Of a DNA stretch of 34,702 bases, positions 24,853 through 33,685 are shown one piece after another. Below the pieces are notes generated by a model that searched no databases, was not told the DNA's origin, and saw only the letters and a program-made list of their open reading frames with translations. The position numbers and the translations under genes are program-made. This DNA is from a virus (lineage: Duplodnaviria; Caudoviricetes): positions 1 to 34,702 of IMG/VR virus record IMGVR_UViG_3300017716_002150; one strand, given 5' to 3'. The stretch's first letter is position 1. Each line of letters begins with the position of its first letter.

Positions 24853-24887
24853 TTTGAACTCTGCTAAATATACGCAGAGGACTCAAA
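24853..24887 (+). promoter_or_regulatory. late-type TAAATA promoter inside an SD-sequestering hairpin
   Basis: TTTGA.CTCTGC-TAAATATAC-GCAGAG...TCAAA; SD GAGGA 24877-24881 lies in the 3' arm. Confidence 0.65.
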
Positions 24888-24890
24888 TCT

Positions 24891-25157
24891 ATGGCACAAC
24901 AAGTAATCAATGTAGGCGCAGCACCCAACGATGGGTTAGGCGATCCCATACGCACAGCGTATCAAAAATGCAACAGTAATTTTAGCGAATTATACAGTCG
25001 TGTACAGGTAACACCGCCCACGGATCCCAGCGGCTCCATAGGAGATACAACTGGTATGTACGCATTTGATACCACATATTTTTATGTTTGCATAGGCGAT
25101 TACGATGCTACCACAGAGATATGGAAGCGTATTGCATTTGACACTACTCCTTGGTAA
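24891..25157 (+). CDS. small virion protein with T4 gp9/gp10-like N-terminal motif
   Basis: QVINVG...NDG.GDP.R.A..K.N.NF.ELY. Confidence 0.7.
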   Translation: MAQQVINVGAAPNDGLGDPIRTAYQKCNSNFSELYSRVQVTPPTDPSGSIGDTTGMYAFDTTYFYVCIGDYDATTEIWKRIAFDTTPW

Positions 25158-25165
25158 AATAACAC

Positions 25166-27592
25166 ATGGCACAACCTGTTTGGATAACTCCTGCTGGTAA
25201 TCTAGGAACCATACCCGAGGGTGTGTTCTATTCTGTGCCGTTGCAGGCAGTTGATCCCGATGATGTTGACACAATTTACTATAAACTCATCGCTGGACAA
25301 TTACCAGCCGGAGTTGAAGTAGTCACTGCCACTGGCCTAATTGCTGGTGTTCCGCAGTCAATTGTTATTGTAGACGGAGTACCCACTGCTGTCAGCGCAG
25401 ATGTCACTAGCAAGTTTGTTATTCGCGCCTATACCACTAGAGTCGTCAACGGCGTTACCGTGATCAATCGCCTGGCTGACAGAACTTTTACCTTGACAGT
25501 GACCGGGCAAAACAATCCTGAGTTTATTACCCCGCCTGGACAAATTGCTCAATACTTTGATGGCACCCAAGTTTCTAATCTTCAAATTGAATATACCGAT
25601 GTTGATCCAGCCGACACTGTTCTGGTACAACTGGCCGGTGGATTACTTCCTCCGGGATTGACTATTACACCCACTGGTGTAATTTCTGGATTTGTTGCCC
25701 CCAACACAGATGCTGGAGTACCAGCAGGGTTTAGTCGAGATGGACAAGGGTATGATCAATATGCTTTTGATTTTTCAACCAAGAGTTCCACGGTAAACTA
25801 TTCCTTTATATTAGAGATCACAGATGGTAAAACCAGTAACTTACGAACCTTTAGTATTTTAGTCTACAGTCGTAATGCATGTACCGCTGATAACACACAG
25901 TTCACTGCTGACGATACTTTCGTCACAGCCGATTGTACTCCTACTCGTACACCTATCTTGTTGACTCCGCAAGGTTCACTTGGCGTAGTACGTAACGATA
26001 ATTTCTTTGCGTTTAAGTTTGACGGCATCGATCTAGATGGAGATCAGATTACCTATACCATTAGTCTGGGAGGCACAATTGGATACGACGCAGCCACAGT
26101 GAGTTTCACTCCTGGCAGTTATGATTATCCAGGCGAAGGTTTTGACCAAGGCGGATTTACATTACCACCTGGATTGCAACTGGATCCAAACACAGGTTGG
26201 CTGTATGGCTTTATTCCAGACTTAGGAATAACTGAGCTGACTTATAATTTTGCCATCCAGGTTTATAAAACAATCGATCCGACCATAATCAGTGAATACT
26301 ATTTTTATTCAATAAGTATTGTTGGTAACTTGAATACGCAGGTCACTTGGTTAACACCTAGTGATTTAGGCAGCATTGACAACGGCACAATTAGTACCCT
26401 ATACGTCAAGGCTGTAAATTCCAGCGGTATTCCAATTCAATATCAATTAGAATCAGGCAGTACCAGTAGCTTACCACAAGGGCTACAATTACTTCCATCT
26501 GGTGACATAGCTGGAAGGGTGAGTTTTGATACATTTGCACTAGATGGTGGCACCACTACATTTGATGTGCAGAGTCGTAATGTGTACAATCCTAATGTTA
26601 ATGCTAATGTTGTAAGTTCAACCACCGAAACCACATTTGACATGGTGTTCACATTTACTGTGAATGCTTACAGTGTTAACGGTGTAGTTAGTGTGTTTAA
26701 AACATTCTCAATACGTGTGGTGCGTGTTTACAATGAACCATTTGATAACTTGTACATACAAGCTATGCCACCTCAGAATGATCGTGACCTATTGAATAGT
26801 TTGTTGCAGAGTGTTGACATATTCCCTACTGATCTACTGTATCGTCCTCAAGATCCTAACTTTGGTGTTGCTACTCAAGTAAAATATTGGCATGTGTATG
26901 GACTTACGGCAGACACACTTGATGATTATGTCAATGCAATGAATTTAAATCATTATTGGAAGAATTTGGTGTTGGGCAGCATTGAAACTGCACAAGCTCT
27001 GGACAGCGCCGGTAACGTGATCTATGAAGTGGTGTACAGTCGTGTAGTTGATAACCTGGTCAACAATGCCGGTGAAAGTGTTGGCAAAGAAGTTACATTG
27101 GCATACCCAATTAATGCAGGCGACAGCACCGAAATTTCTGTTGTTTATCCAAACAGTTTAGTAGACATGCGTACACAAATTATTGACAGCGTAGGACAAA
27201 TTTCAAATGTATTACCTCGCTGGATGATTAGCACACAAGCCAATGGACAAGTGCTTGGATTTACACCAGCCTGGGTAATTGCTTACACTAATCCAGGCGA
27301 AAGCGGACAAATTGCATATAATATCAAATCTATATTCGGTGAACGATTAAACTTGGTGGATTTTGATGTGGATCGTTATGAACTAGATAACTTATTAACA
27401 AAAAATTGGAATCGTACCACACAACAATGGATTCCAACTCCACCAGAATTGACAACTTTTGATGTAACTCCAGGACCACCCACTGTGTTTGATGGCAATA
27501 GCATACAGTTTATTGCCCCGGTAGATATGTATAGCAACACTCAGATATACGATAAATACCTCGTATTTCCCAAACGGAATATTTTAGAATAA
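25166..27592 (+). CDS. large virion/baseplate protein with Ig-like repeats
   Basis: four (W/F/L)xTPxGxLG and four LPxGLxL..G.I.G units; T/V/G-rich. Confidence 0.75.
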   Translation: MAQPVWITPAGNLGTIPEGVFYSVPLQAVDPDDVDTIYYKLIAGQLPAGVEVVTATGLIAGVPQSIVIVDGVPTAVSADVTSKFVIRAYTTRVVNGVTVINRLADRTFTLTVTGQNNPEFITPPGQIAQYFDGTQVSNLQIEYTDVDPADTVLVQLAGGLLPPGLTITPTGVISGFVAPNTDAGVPAGFSRDGQGYDQYAFDFSTKSSTVNYSFILEITDGKTSNLRTFSILVYSRNACTADNTQFTADDTFVTADCTPTRTPILLTPQGSLGVVRNDNFFAFKFDGIDLDGDQITYTISLGGTIGYDAATVSFTPGSYDYPGEGFDQGGFTLPPGLQLDPNTGWLYGFIPDLGITELTYNFAIQVYKTIDPTIISEYYFYSISIVGNLNTQVTWLTPSDLGSIDNGTISTLYVKAVNSSGIPIQYQLESGSTSSLPQGLQLLPSGDIAGRVSFDTFALDGGTTTFDVQSRNVYNPNVNANVVSSTTETTFDMVFTFTVNAYSVNGVVSVFKTFSIRVVRVYNEPFDNLYIQAMPPQNDRDLLNSLLQSVDIFPTDLLYRPQDPNFGVATQVKYWHVYGLTADTLDDYVNAMNLNHYWKNLVLGSIETAQALDSAGNVIYEVVYSRVVDNLVNNAGESVGKEVTLAYPINAGDSTEISVVYPNSLVDMRTQIIDSVGQISNVLPRWMISTQANGQVLGFTPAWVIAYTNPGESGQIAYNIKSIFGERLNLVDFDVDRYELDNLLTKNWNRTTQQWIPTPPELTTFDVTPGPPTVFDGNSIQFIAPVDMYSNTQIYDKYLVFPKRNILE

Positions 27593-27604
27593 TTAGGATA
27601 ACTT

Positions 27605-28486
27605 ATGACAAGTGCAATTAACCCAAATAACATCGATGGCGCATACCCAGTTGCTGGCCAGGATAATAACTCGCAAGGTTTTCGCGACAATTTTACCAAC
27701 ACCAAAACTAACTTTTCTTATGCGGCCAACGAAATTACCGACTTACAAAACAAGGCAGTGCTTAAAGCAGCTTTGAATGGTACCACTTTAAACAACGACA
27801 TGAATGCTAGTATTTTAAGCAACTTTCAAGGTCAGAATATCAGTGGTACAGTGGTTGCTTTGGGCACAATCAGTGGAGATGTTGGGATCAACTATGCTGC
27901 AGGTCCATATCAAACAGTCACAACCAGTGGCCCAATTAGCCTGGCATTTACTAACTTTACTCCTGCTGGCACAGCAGACTTGGTTGTTGTTCAAGTCACC
28001 GTAGCCAGTGTTGCTCATACATTAACATTCCCAAGTGCGGTCAGTGTGAACAATGCCGGCATTCAAGGCATCGACACTACAACCAATACTATTACTTTTG
28101 CTGCCACAGGCATTTACGCATTTACTTTTACTACCAGCAATGGCGGTACAACTGTTACAGTTACCGAAGCAAACAAACTATTACAACCTTTTAATAATAC
28201 CCAAGAAGATTTGGCTGCTAGTGCCGCTATTAGTTTGGCCACCACAGTCAGTTACTTTACAACAGCGGCTGCTGAAACAGCAACTTTGGCAGATGGTGTA
28301 GAAGGTCAAGTCAAGGTGTTGGCCGCATTGGATGTGGTTGCTGGTGACATGGTTGTTACTGTGGCAAGCCCAGCTTGGTCAGGTGCAGGTACAATTACAT
28401 TTGCTGACGACGGCGATGCATGTACTTTGACATACATTCAAGGTGTTTGGTTCTGCACAGGCAACAACGGTGCTGTATTTGCTTAA
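27605..28486 (+). CDS. virion structural (fibre/baseplate-like) protein
   Basis: YPVAGQDNNSQGFRDNF N-terminus; T/A/G-rich beta character; TAAATA at 27553. Confidence 0.7.
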   Translation: MTSAINPNNIDGAYPVAGQDNNSQGFRDNFTNTKTNFSYAANEITDLQNKAVLKAALNGTTLNNDMNASILSNFQGQNISGTVVALGTISGDVGINYAAGPYQTVTTSGPISLAFTNFTPAGTADLVVVQVTVASVAHTLTFPSAVSVNNAGIQGIDTTTNTITFAATGIYAFTFTTSNGGTTVTVTEANKLLQPFNNTQEDLAASAAISLATTVSYFTTAAAETATLADGVEGQVKVLAALDVVAGDMVVTVASPAWSGAGTITFADDGDACTLTYIQGVWFCTGNNGAVFA

Positions 28487-28495
28487 CCAAAACAG

Positions 28496-28524
28496 TTGAC
28501 AACTAGTTGTTGATCCTGTACACT
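28496..28524 (+). promoter_or_regulatory. sigma70-type promoter, leaderless transcript
   Basis: TTGACA-17-TACACT; ATG 28531 lies 6 nt downstream. Confidence 0.75.
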
Positions 28525-28530
28525 TAGTAC

Positions 28531-28752
28531 ATGGAACATCCATTAATCGCAAATCTAGAAGATCTCTCGCTTGAGCAATTAAGTGAGAAGATTTCAGAAC
28601 TTAGAAAAAAACTCAATATTGCATACAGCACAGGTAACGGATATCTGTGCGACCAAATACGTATGGCCATTGAAAGTTATCAAACCAAGTATCAGGAAAA
28701 ACTCAAGGGCGGCCCTAACACACCATTTGATGAAGTAATTGACATTTCGTGA
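28531..28752 (+). CDS. helical hypothetical protein
   Basis: 73 aa coiled-coil pattern. Confidence 0.75.
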   Translation: MEHPLIANLEDLSLEQLSEKISELRKKLNIAYSTGNGYLCDQIRMAIESYQTKYQEKLKGGPNTPFDEVIDIS

Positions 28753-29354
28753 ACGTAAGACTACAATACACTTTCAACTTCACCGCTGGTGTACACTGGT
28801 CAGGACAACTGATTATGAACGGTTATGAGTTGACTGTTTATATGGTAACCAATGTTAGAGAGTCCGAGCTTACCACTAAAGCATTTGAACGCTTAAAGTA
28901 TTTTATTAACGATGAAATTGACTCAACTGTGTTTATCAACAGCAATGAGCAAGAAGCCTGTAGACTTTACAATGCAGCTGGTGTTAAAATTACTACATTG
29001 CCCAAGGATCCGGTAGATCAAATTGTGGGAGTAATGATGTTTCACAAACTCAACGCTATTATGGAAGATCGTATCAGTATTATTGAAACAGAGTTATCAA
29101 GTCACTTGGGTGATAACATGATCTATCTGCACAGCGAAAACGAAAATACCGAAGACATTGAAATACCCAAATGGTGGACAACTCCAGACTTGACTCATTT
29201 TGAATTAGAATTCCAAGATGGCGACACCATTTTTAAATTAGCCCCAGGAAACTATTCTGTGTGGTCTGATTTAGGGTTGGATTGGCCTAACGAAGAGCCG
29301 AAAGAAACTGGTAACATTGTATTTGCAGACTTTGGAAAAGATGATACAAAATAA
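28749..29354 (+). CDS. hypothetical protein, possible QueD/PTPS-like T-fold
   Basis: GTGA overlap; F.F.AG.H......N.YELTV echoes QueD F.AAH...HGH.Y.V.V but lacks the HGH. Confidence 0.4.
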   Translation: MNVRLQYTFNFTAGVHWSGQLIMNGYELTVYMVTNVRESELTTKAFERLKYFINDEIDSTVFINSNEQEACRLYNAAGVKITTLPKDPVDQIVGVMMFHKLNAIMEDRISIIETELSSHLGDNMIYLHSENENTEDIEIPKWWTTPDLTHFELEFQDGDTIFKLAPGNYSVWSDLGLDWPNEEPKETGNIVFADFGKDDTK

Positions 29355-29856
29355 CGTAGGTGAAATGATTTTTGATGAGCAAGATGTTTGCGACTTGCTG
29401 ATGTCAGGTCGCGAGCCTGCTAGTATCAAGCGTATGCTAGTAAACGAGTCTGTAAACATTGAACAAGCTATTCGATATGTCGAAACTTATCCAGACCTGA
29501 TCAAGTATACCGGACAAGAGGGCGTAATAACAAATGTATTTGACAAGGAGTCACAAGCCAAATGGCACATGCCCGAAGAATATAAGCAGTTGGATATTGC
29601 CGAATATGTTTTAGGATTATGCACTACAGAAGCAGAACTACAGCGTGTTGGGCATGAACTATTACTATATCAAGAGCGCGACCTGTTTAACTTGTTACGA
29701 TATCTAAAGTATCTGGTAGATGTTATGACCGAGAATCGAGTCATCTGGGGTGTAGGACGTGGATCAAGTGTGGCCAGTTATGTGCTGTATAAGTTAGGTG
29801 TACACAGAATCGATTCCATGTTCTATAAATTAGAACCAGAGGAATTTCTCCGTTAA
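29341..29856 (+). CDS. stand-alone DNA polymerase III alpha (DnaE)-like fragment
   Basis: RV..EL, WGVGRGSSVASYVLYKLGVHRID...EFLR matches DnaE GPGRGS.AGSLV.Y.LGIT.IDP...ERFL. Confidence 0.8.
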   Translation: MIQNNVGEMIFDEQDVCDLLMSGREPASIKRMLVNESVNIEQAIRYVETYPDLIKYTGQEGVITNVFDKESQAKWHMPEEYKQLDIAEYVLGLCTTEAELQRVGHELLLYQERDLFNLLRYLKYLVDVMTENRVIWGVGRGSSVASYVLYKLGVHRIDSMFYKLEPEEFLR

Positions 29857-29883
29857 ATATACAACTAGTTCAAGGAAACAATT

Positions 29884-30375
29884 ATGACGCAAAAAGTGTA
29901 CAAATCAGCCATGGGTAGGCCAATCGATCTTGGTTCACTCATATTACAAAATGAAAATGTAAGAGCTGTGGGCAATATGAATGTGAATGCTCGTGGGGAT
30001 TTATTAGATGGCAGTAACAAAGTTATTGATCGTAAAAATCGTCAGGTACAACGACAGTACCAGCGCACCACCAATGTTTCTGCGGATGTGCCAGTACAAA
30101 CCAGCACTCGTGCTGCCAAACAAGCCAAGGCCCAAGAAAAAGCCATTGCTGACTCACAGCATCTCGAAGATCCGTTGTACGCATTAACTACGGAAACTAT
30201 TAACGAACCTTTGCCGGAACCTGTAGTGGCCCCAGAGCCCTTGCCAGAAAATACATTTGGTCCTACCGGAGAAGGTGGTCTGGCAGCTGCTATTGCTCGA
30301 AGTAGATTGATCAAGCAAGAAAAAGAAAAAACACTTCGTGAACGTCAACAAGCTCAAGGAATAAGAAAGATTTAA
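29884..30375 (+). CDS. hypothetical protein
   Basis: AVGNMNVNARGD motif; AAGGA SD; TAAATA at 29854. Confidence 0.75.
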   Translation: MTQKVYKSAMGRPIDLGSLILQNENVRAVGNMNVNARGDLLDGSNKVIDRKNRQVQRQYQRTTNVSADVPVQTSTRAAKQAKAQEKAIADSQHLEDPLYALTTETINEPLPEPVVAPEPLPENTFGPTGEGGLAAAIARSRLIKQEKEKTLRERQQAQGIRKI

Positions 30376-30377
30376 GG

Positions 30378-30776
30378 ATGACTAAAGCCGCATTTGCACC
30401 ACACCAAATTCCACGTGAAAAAATTCAAGCCTTGCACAAAGATGTCTTAGTATCGGACATGGAGTTTGATACTCGCATTACACAATCAGGATTAATATTA
30501 CCCAACGATAACGGTACTAGTCTAGGTATTCGACCACGGTGGGGACGAGTGTATGCTGTTGGACCAAAACAAACAGAAGTTCGTGTAGGACAATGGATCA
30601 TGGTAGCACACGGTCGTTGGACACGTGGTATCGATATCGAAGATGGCGAACTGGATCACAAGCGCACTATTCGCAAAATTGATCCAAATGATATTTTACT
30701 AATAGCCGACCAAGAACAACGTCCGCAAGACGACACTATGAGCACAGCCGTACACATTGCTAAACAGGGACAATAG
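30378..30776 (+). CDS. groES: GroES-like co-chaperonin
   Basis: AL.K.VLV, TQSGLILP, GRVYAVGP, V.VGQ, DIL. Confidence 0.75.
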   Translation: MTKAAFAPHQIPREKIQALHKDVLVSDMEFDTRITQSGLILPNDNGTSLGIRPRWGRVYAVGPKQTEVRVGQWIMVAHGRWTRGIDIEDGELDHKRTIRKIDPNDILLIADQEQRPQDDTMSTAVHIAKQGQ

Positions 30777-30952
30777 TGGTTCGAGTAAAGAAACAACCAA
30801 AGTGCAGTATCTGCAGAAGAATCCCTAAACCCGATTGCGATTGGAAGCAAGGTCGTTGTCCGCACCGTCTCAGTATGTTGGATATGATATTATCCGATCC
30901 TTACAAATCAAGATTTTATAACTTATTAAATTTTTTCAAAGGCAAAAAATGA
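30776..30952 (+). CDS. 58-aa Cys/His (Zn-finger-like) protein (missing from track)
   Basis: GTG overlapping TAG; CSIC...CDWKQGRCPH; ATGA overlap with next gene. Confidence 0.65.
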   Translation: MVRVKKQPKCSICRRIPKPDCDWKQGRCPHRLSMLDMILSDPYKSRFYNLLNFFKGKK

Positions 30953-31107
30953 ATCATCCAGATCCAAAATTACATCGTAATATTAGTTTTGTTAAAAGTG
31001 GATTTCGTATTTTAGCAGGGGTGCTTCTTTGCGCCGGGCAACTATTTGCAGCAGGTGCATTCTTAATTTTGGCCGAAGGCCTGGGAATTGCTGAAGAACT
31101 AGTGTAA
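30949..31107 (+). CDS. 52-aa membrane protein (missing from track)
   Basis: MNHPDPKLHRNISFVKSGFRILAGVLLCAGQLFAAGAFLILAEGLGIAEELV. Confidence 0.7.
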   Translation: MNHPDPKLHRNISFVKSGFRILAGVLLCAGQLFAAGAFLILAEGLGIAEELV

Positions 31108-31108
31108 C

Positions 31109-31276
31109 ATGTTTTTCGCTTACTTAGGATTAGGTCTAAGTGCTCTATTGCTTTTATTCTTTTTCTGTGCTATAATTGTAGCTAGTTTATTGGACTGGTA
31201 CAGTTATCGCCAAAACAAATTATTCATTAAACTTAAACAAGATTATACTAAACCAAGAAGGCCGGCAAAAAAATGA
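31109..31276 (+). CDS. 55-aa single-pass membrane protein (missing from track)
   Basis: hydrophobic N-terminus, basic tail; ATGA overlap with clamp loader; contains TTGCTT-17-TATAAT (31148-31176). Confidence 0.55.
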   Translation: MFFAYLGLGLSALLLLFFFCAIIVASLLDWYSYRQNKLFIKLKQDYTKPRRPAKK

Positions 31277-32193
31277 ATGAACTCTGGGTAGAAAAATATA
31301 GACCAAACACAGCACAAGACTATGTGTTTGTGGATGATGCGCAACGTGAACAAGTCATGTCATGGATCAAAAATAAAACAATTCCGCATTTGTTATTTTC
31401 TGGCAGTCCGGGCACAGGAAAAACTACTTTGGCCAAGATGCTGATCAACGAACTAGGTGTGGATGAATATGATGTACTGTTTGCTAACGGATCAAAAGAA
31501 GCTAGAAAACTCGAGTGGGTTGACAAGTTGATCTCTTTTTGTCAAACTATGCCATATGGTCACTTGAAAGTGGTCCTAATTGACGAAGCTGACTACATGA
31601 ATCCCAACAGTGTACAACCAGCCATGCGTAACTTAATGGAAGACTACAGTGAAACTGTGCGTTTTATTTTAACTTGTAACTATCCAAACAAGATTATTCC
31701 TCCAATACATAGTCGTGTTCAACAAATGCACATTATTAAAACCGATCACACAGAATTTACAGCTCGTGTGGCTACTGTGTTGGTCACAGAAAATATTCAA
31801 TTTGAATTGGATGTCTTGGACACTTATGTCAAGGCAACATATCCAGATCTACGTAAATGTTTAAATCTTGTGCAACAAAACAGCACCAGCGGAACTCTAG
31901 CGGCACCTAGTGTGTCTGACAAATCAGTAGGCGATTGGAAACTTGATGCTGTGACCTTGTTCAAGGCCGGTAAAATTCGCGAAGGTCGTACCATGATATG
32001 TCAACAAAGCACTCCGGAAGAAGCTGAAGATATATTCCGTTGGATGTACGATAACTTGGATTTATGGTCTACTGATGTTCTAAAACAAGACCAAGCCATT
32101 ATTATCATACGCAATGGCATGGCCAATATGCCCTTGGTTGCAGATCAAGAGATCAATCTAAGTGCAACCTTAACCGAACTAACCAATTTGTAA
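31273..32193 (+). CDS. sliding-clamp loader AAA+ subunit (T4 gp44/RFC small subunit-like)
   Basis: LWVEKYRP, GSPGTGKTT, IDEAD, FILTCNY, IHSR, PDLRK. Confidence 0.93.
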   Translation: MNELWVEKYRPNTAQDYVFVDDAQREQVMSWIKNKTIPHLLFSGSPGTGKTTLAKMLINELGVDEYDVLFANGSKEARKLEWVDKLISFCQTMPYGHLKVVLIDEADYMNPNSVQPAMRNLMEDYSETVRFILTCNYPNKIIPPIHSRVQQMHIIKTDHTEFTARVATVLVTENIQFELDVLDTYVKATYPDLRKCLNLVQQNSTSGTLAAPSVSDKSVGDWKLDAVTLFKAGKIREGRTMICQQSTPEEAEDIFRWMYDNLDLWSTDVLKQDQAIIIIRNGMANMPLVADQEINLSATLTELTNL

Positions 32194-33323
32194 TGCCAGC
32201 ATTTGAAGTACTTGAGCCAGCAATAGATCCTAATAATCGTATTAGTTTCTTGCTGGATTGGGAGTTAACAATGAAGTGCAATTTAGATTGCAGTTATTGT
32301 GAGAAGGGTACGTATGGCGGACACGACAATTCAACCAAGCATCCTGCCTTGGATGCGTGTTTGAAGTCCATTGATTTTATGTTTGAGTATGTTGATCAAT
32401 ATATGAAATACAAACCCAAGGGACTTAGAACTGTGGTGTTGAATGTGTATGGTGGTGAGGCTTTACATCATCCAGACATTGTTAAAATACTAAGTGAAGT
32501 ACATAACAAATATTATTCCTACAAAGATAGTTGGCAACTGACTGTAACCACTACTACCAACGCCATTCTTTCTTCCAAACGACTGTTGGACATACTGCCT
32601 TACATTGACGAATTCACTGCAAGTTATCATACCGAAGCCAGTGTAAAACAAAAACAACAGTTTAAAGAAAACTTGTTAACCATACAAGCAACAGGAAATA
32701 GGTTAAAGTGTGTTGTACTAATGAATGACGAAGAAGAATACTTTGCCGATGCTCAGGTTATGATTGAATGGTTAGCAACTAACAATATCAAACTGTTACC
32801 TCGTCAACTGGATGATTTAACCAAAGAAAAAAATAACTATAACCCACAACAAGTTAAATGGTTCAATAACCTGTATCAATCTAAAACGCACGGTATTGCT
32901 GATGAAATTCCGGTGGACAGTGCTGTAAAACTTAATCTAAGCAACACCGGGCGAGCCTGTTGCGGAGGCAGACAAACCTGTCAAGACCAAAATTATCAGG
33001 CAAGAAAATTCTATGTTGTAGATAACAAATTTACCGATTGGCACTGTAGTGTTAACTGGTTCTTCTTGTATGTCAAACAAGTCAACGGAGAAGTATATGT
33101 CAACAAAGATTGCCAAATGAATTTCAACGGTGAAGTGGGACCTATCGGCAATCTCAACAACACACAAGAAATCTTGAATACATTAACCAAACAACTTGAC
33201 ACAAGAACATTACCTGTAATACAATGCAAGAAGTCTGTGTGCTTGTGTGGACTTTGTGCTCCTAAAGCTGAAAAGTTAACCACTTACAATCAAATAATTA
33301 CCAAATATCAGAAAGACTACTAA
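32193..33323 (+). CDS. radical SAM enzyme with C-terminal Cys-rich region
   Basis: CNLDCSYC, GGE, TTN, SYH; CCGG...C...C...CKKSVCLCGLC. Confidence 0.87.
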   Translation: MPAFEVLEPAIDPNNRISFLLDWELTMKCNLDCSYCEKGTYGGHDNSTKHPALDACLKSIDFMFEYVDQYMKYKPKGLRTVVLNVYGGEALHHPDIVKILSEVHNKYYSYKDSWQLTVTTTTNAILSSKRLLDILPYIDEFTASYHTEASVKQKQQFKENLLTIQATGNRLKCVVLMNDEEEYFADAQVMIEWLATNNIKLLPRQLDDLTKEKNNYNPQQVKWFNNLYQSKTHGIADEIPVDSAVKLNLSNTGRACCGGRQTCQDQNYQARKFYVVDNKFTDWHCSVNWFFLYVKQVNGEVYVNKDCQMNFNGEVGPIGNLNNTQEILNTLTKQLDTRTLPVIQCKKSVCLCGLCAPKAEKLTTYNQIITKYQKDY

Positions 33324-33634
33324 TGAGATACCTAATACTAACCTACTATTATCAAGCCAATGGCAAGATTGACGAAGGTATGGTTGTCAGCAACAACATC
33401 AAACGCAAAGACTGGCAAACAGCCAATGTAATCTTGGATTTCAAAGAACAAAAAGTTGTCAAAGCCAGCATGAAAGACACCGCTATTCCTAAAGACTGGG
33501 ATCGCATTGTGAGTTATTACTACCAATTTTACAGCAGCATCATGGAACGTCTGTTTGTAGAAAACGGACACCCGATTGATATCAAAGTAGATGCACACAA
33601 ACAACCCGATACTGCAACTATTACAACAAGTTAG
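33323..33634 (+). CDS. hypothetical protein
   Basis: 103 aa, TAATG coupling. Confidence 0.7.
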   Translation: MRYLILTYYYQANGKIDEGMVVSNNIKRKDWQTANVILDFKEQKVVKASMKDTAIPKDWDRIVSYYYQFYSSIMERLFVENGHPIDIKVDAHKQPDTATITTS

Positions 33635-33679
33635 CAAGTACTAACCTAACTTGACACATAATTCCTTTCGTAGTATAAT
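33630..33679 (+). promoter_or_regulatory. consensus sigma70 promoter (leaderless) with upstream GTTAG-N6-CTAAC palindrome
   Basis: palindrome 33630-33645; TTGACA(33651)-17-TATAAT(33674); ATG 33686 lies 6 nt downstream. Confidence 0.85.
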
Positions 33680-33685
33680 AGTACT

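Noticed and set aside
918-33637. Many minus-strand and alternate-frame ORFs of 60-170 aa in the track (e.g. 20948-21460, 19108-19524, 19559-19957, 11419-11784)
   Set aside because: They lie opposite or inside well-supported + strand genes or the structured leader, and show no recognisable motifs; treated as shadow ORFs
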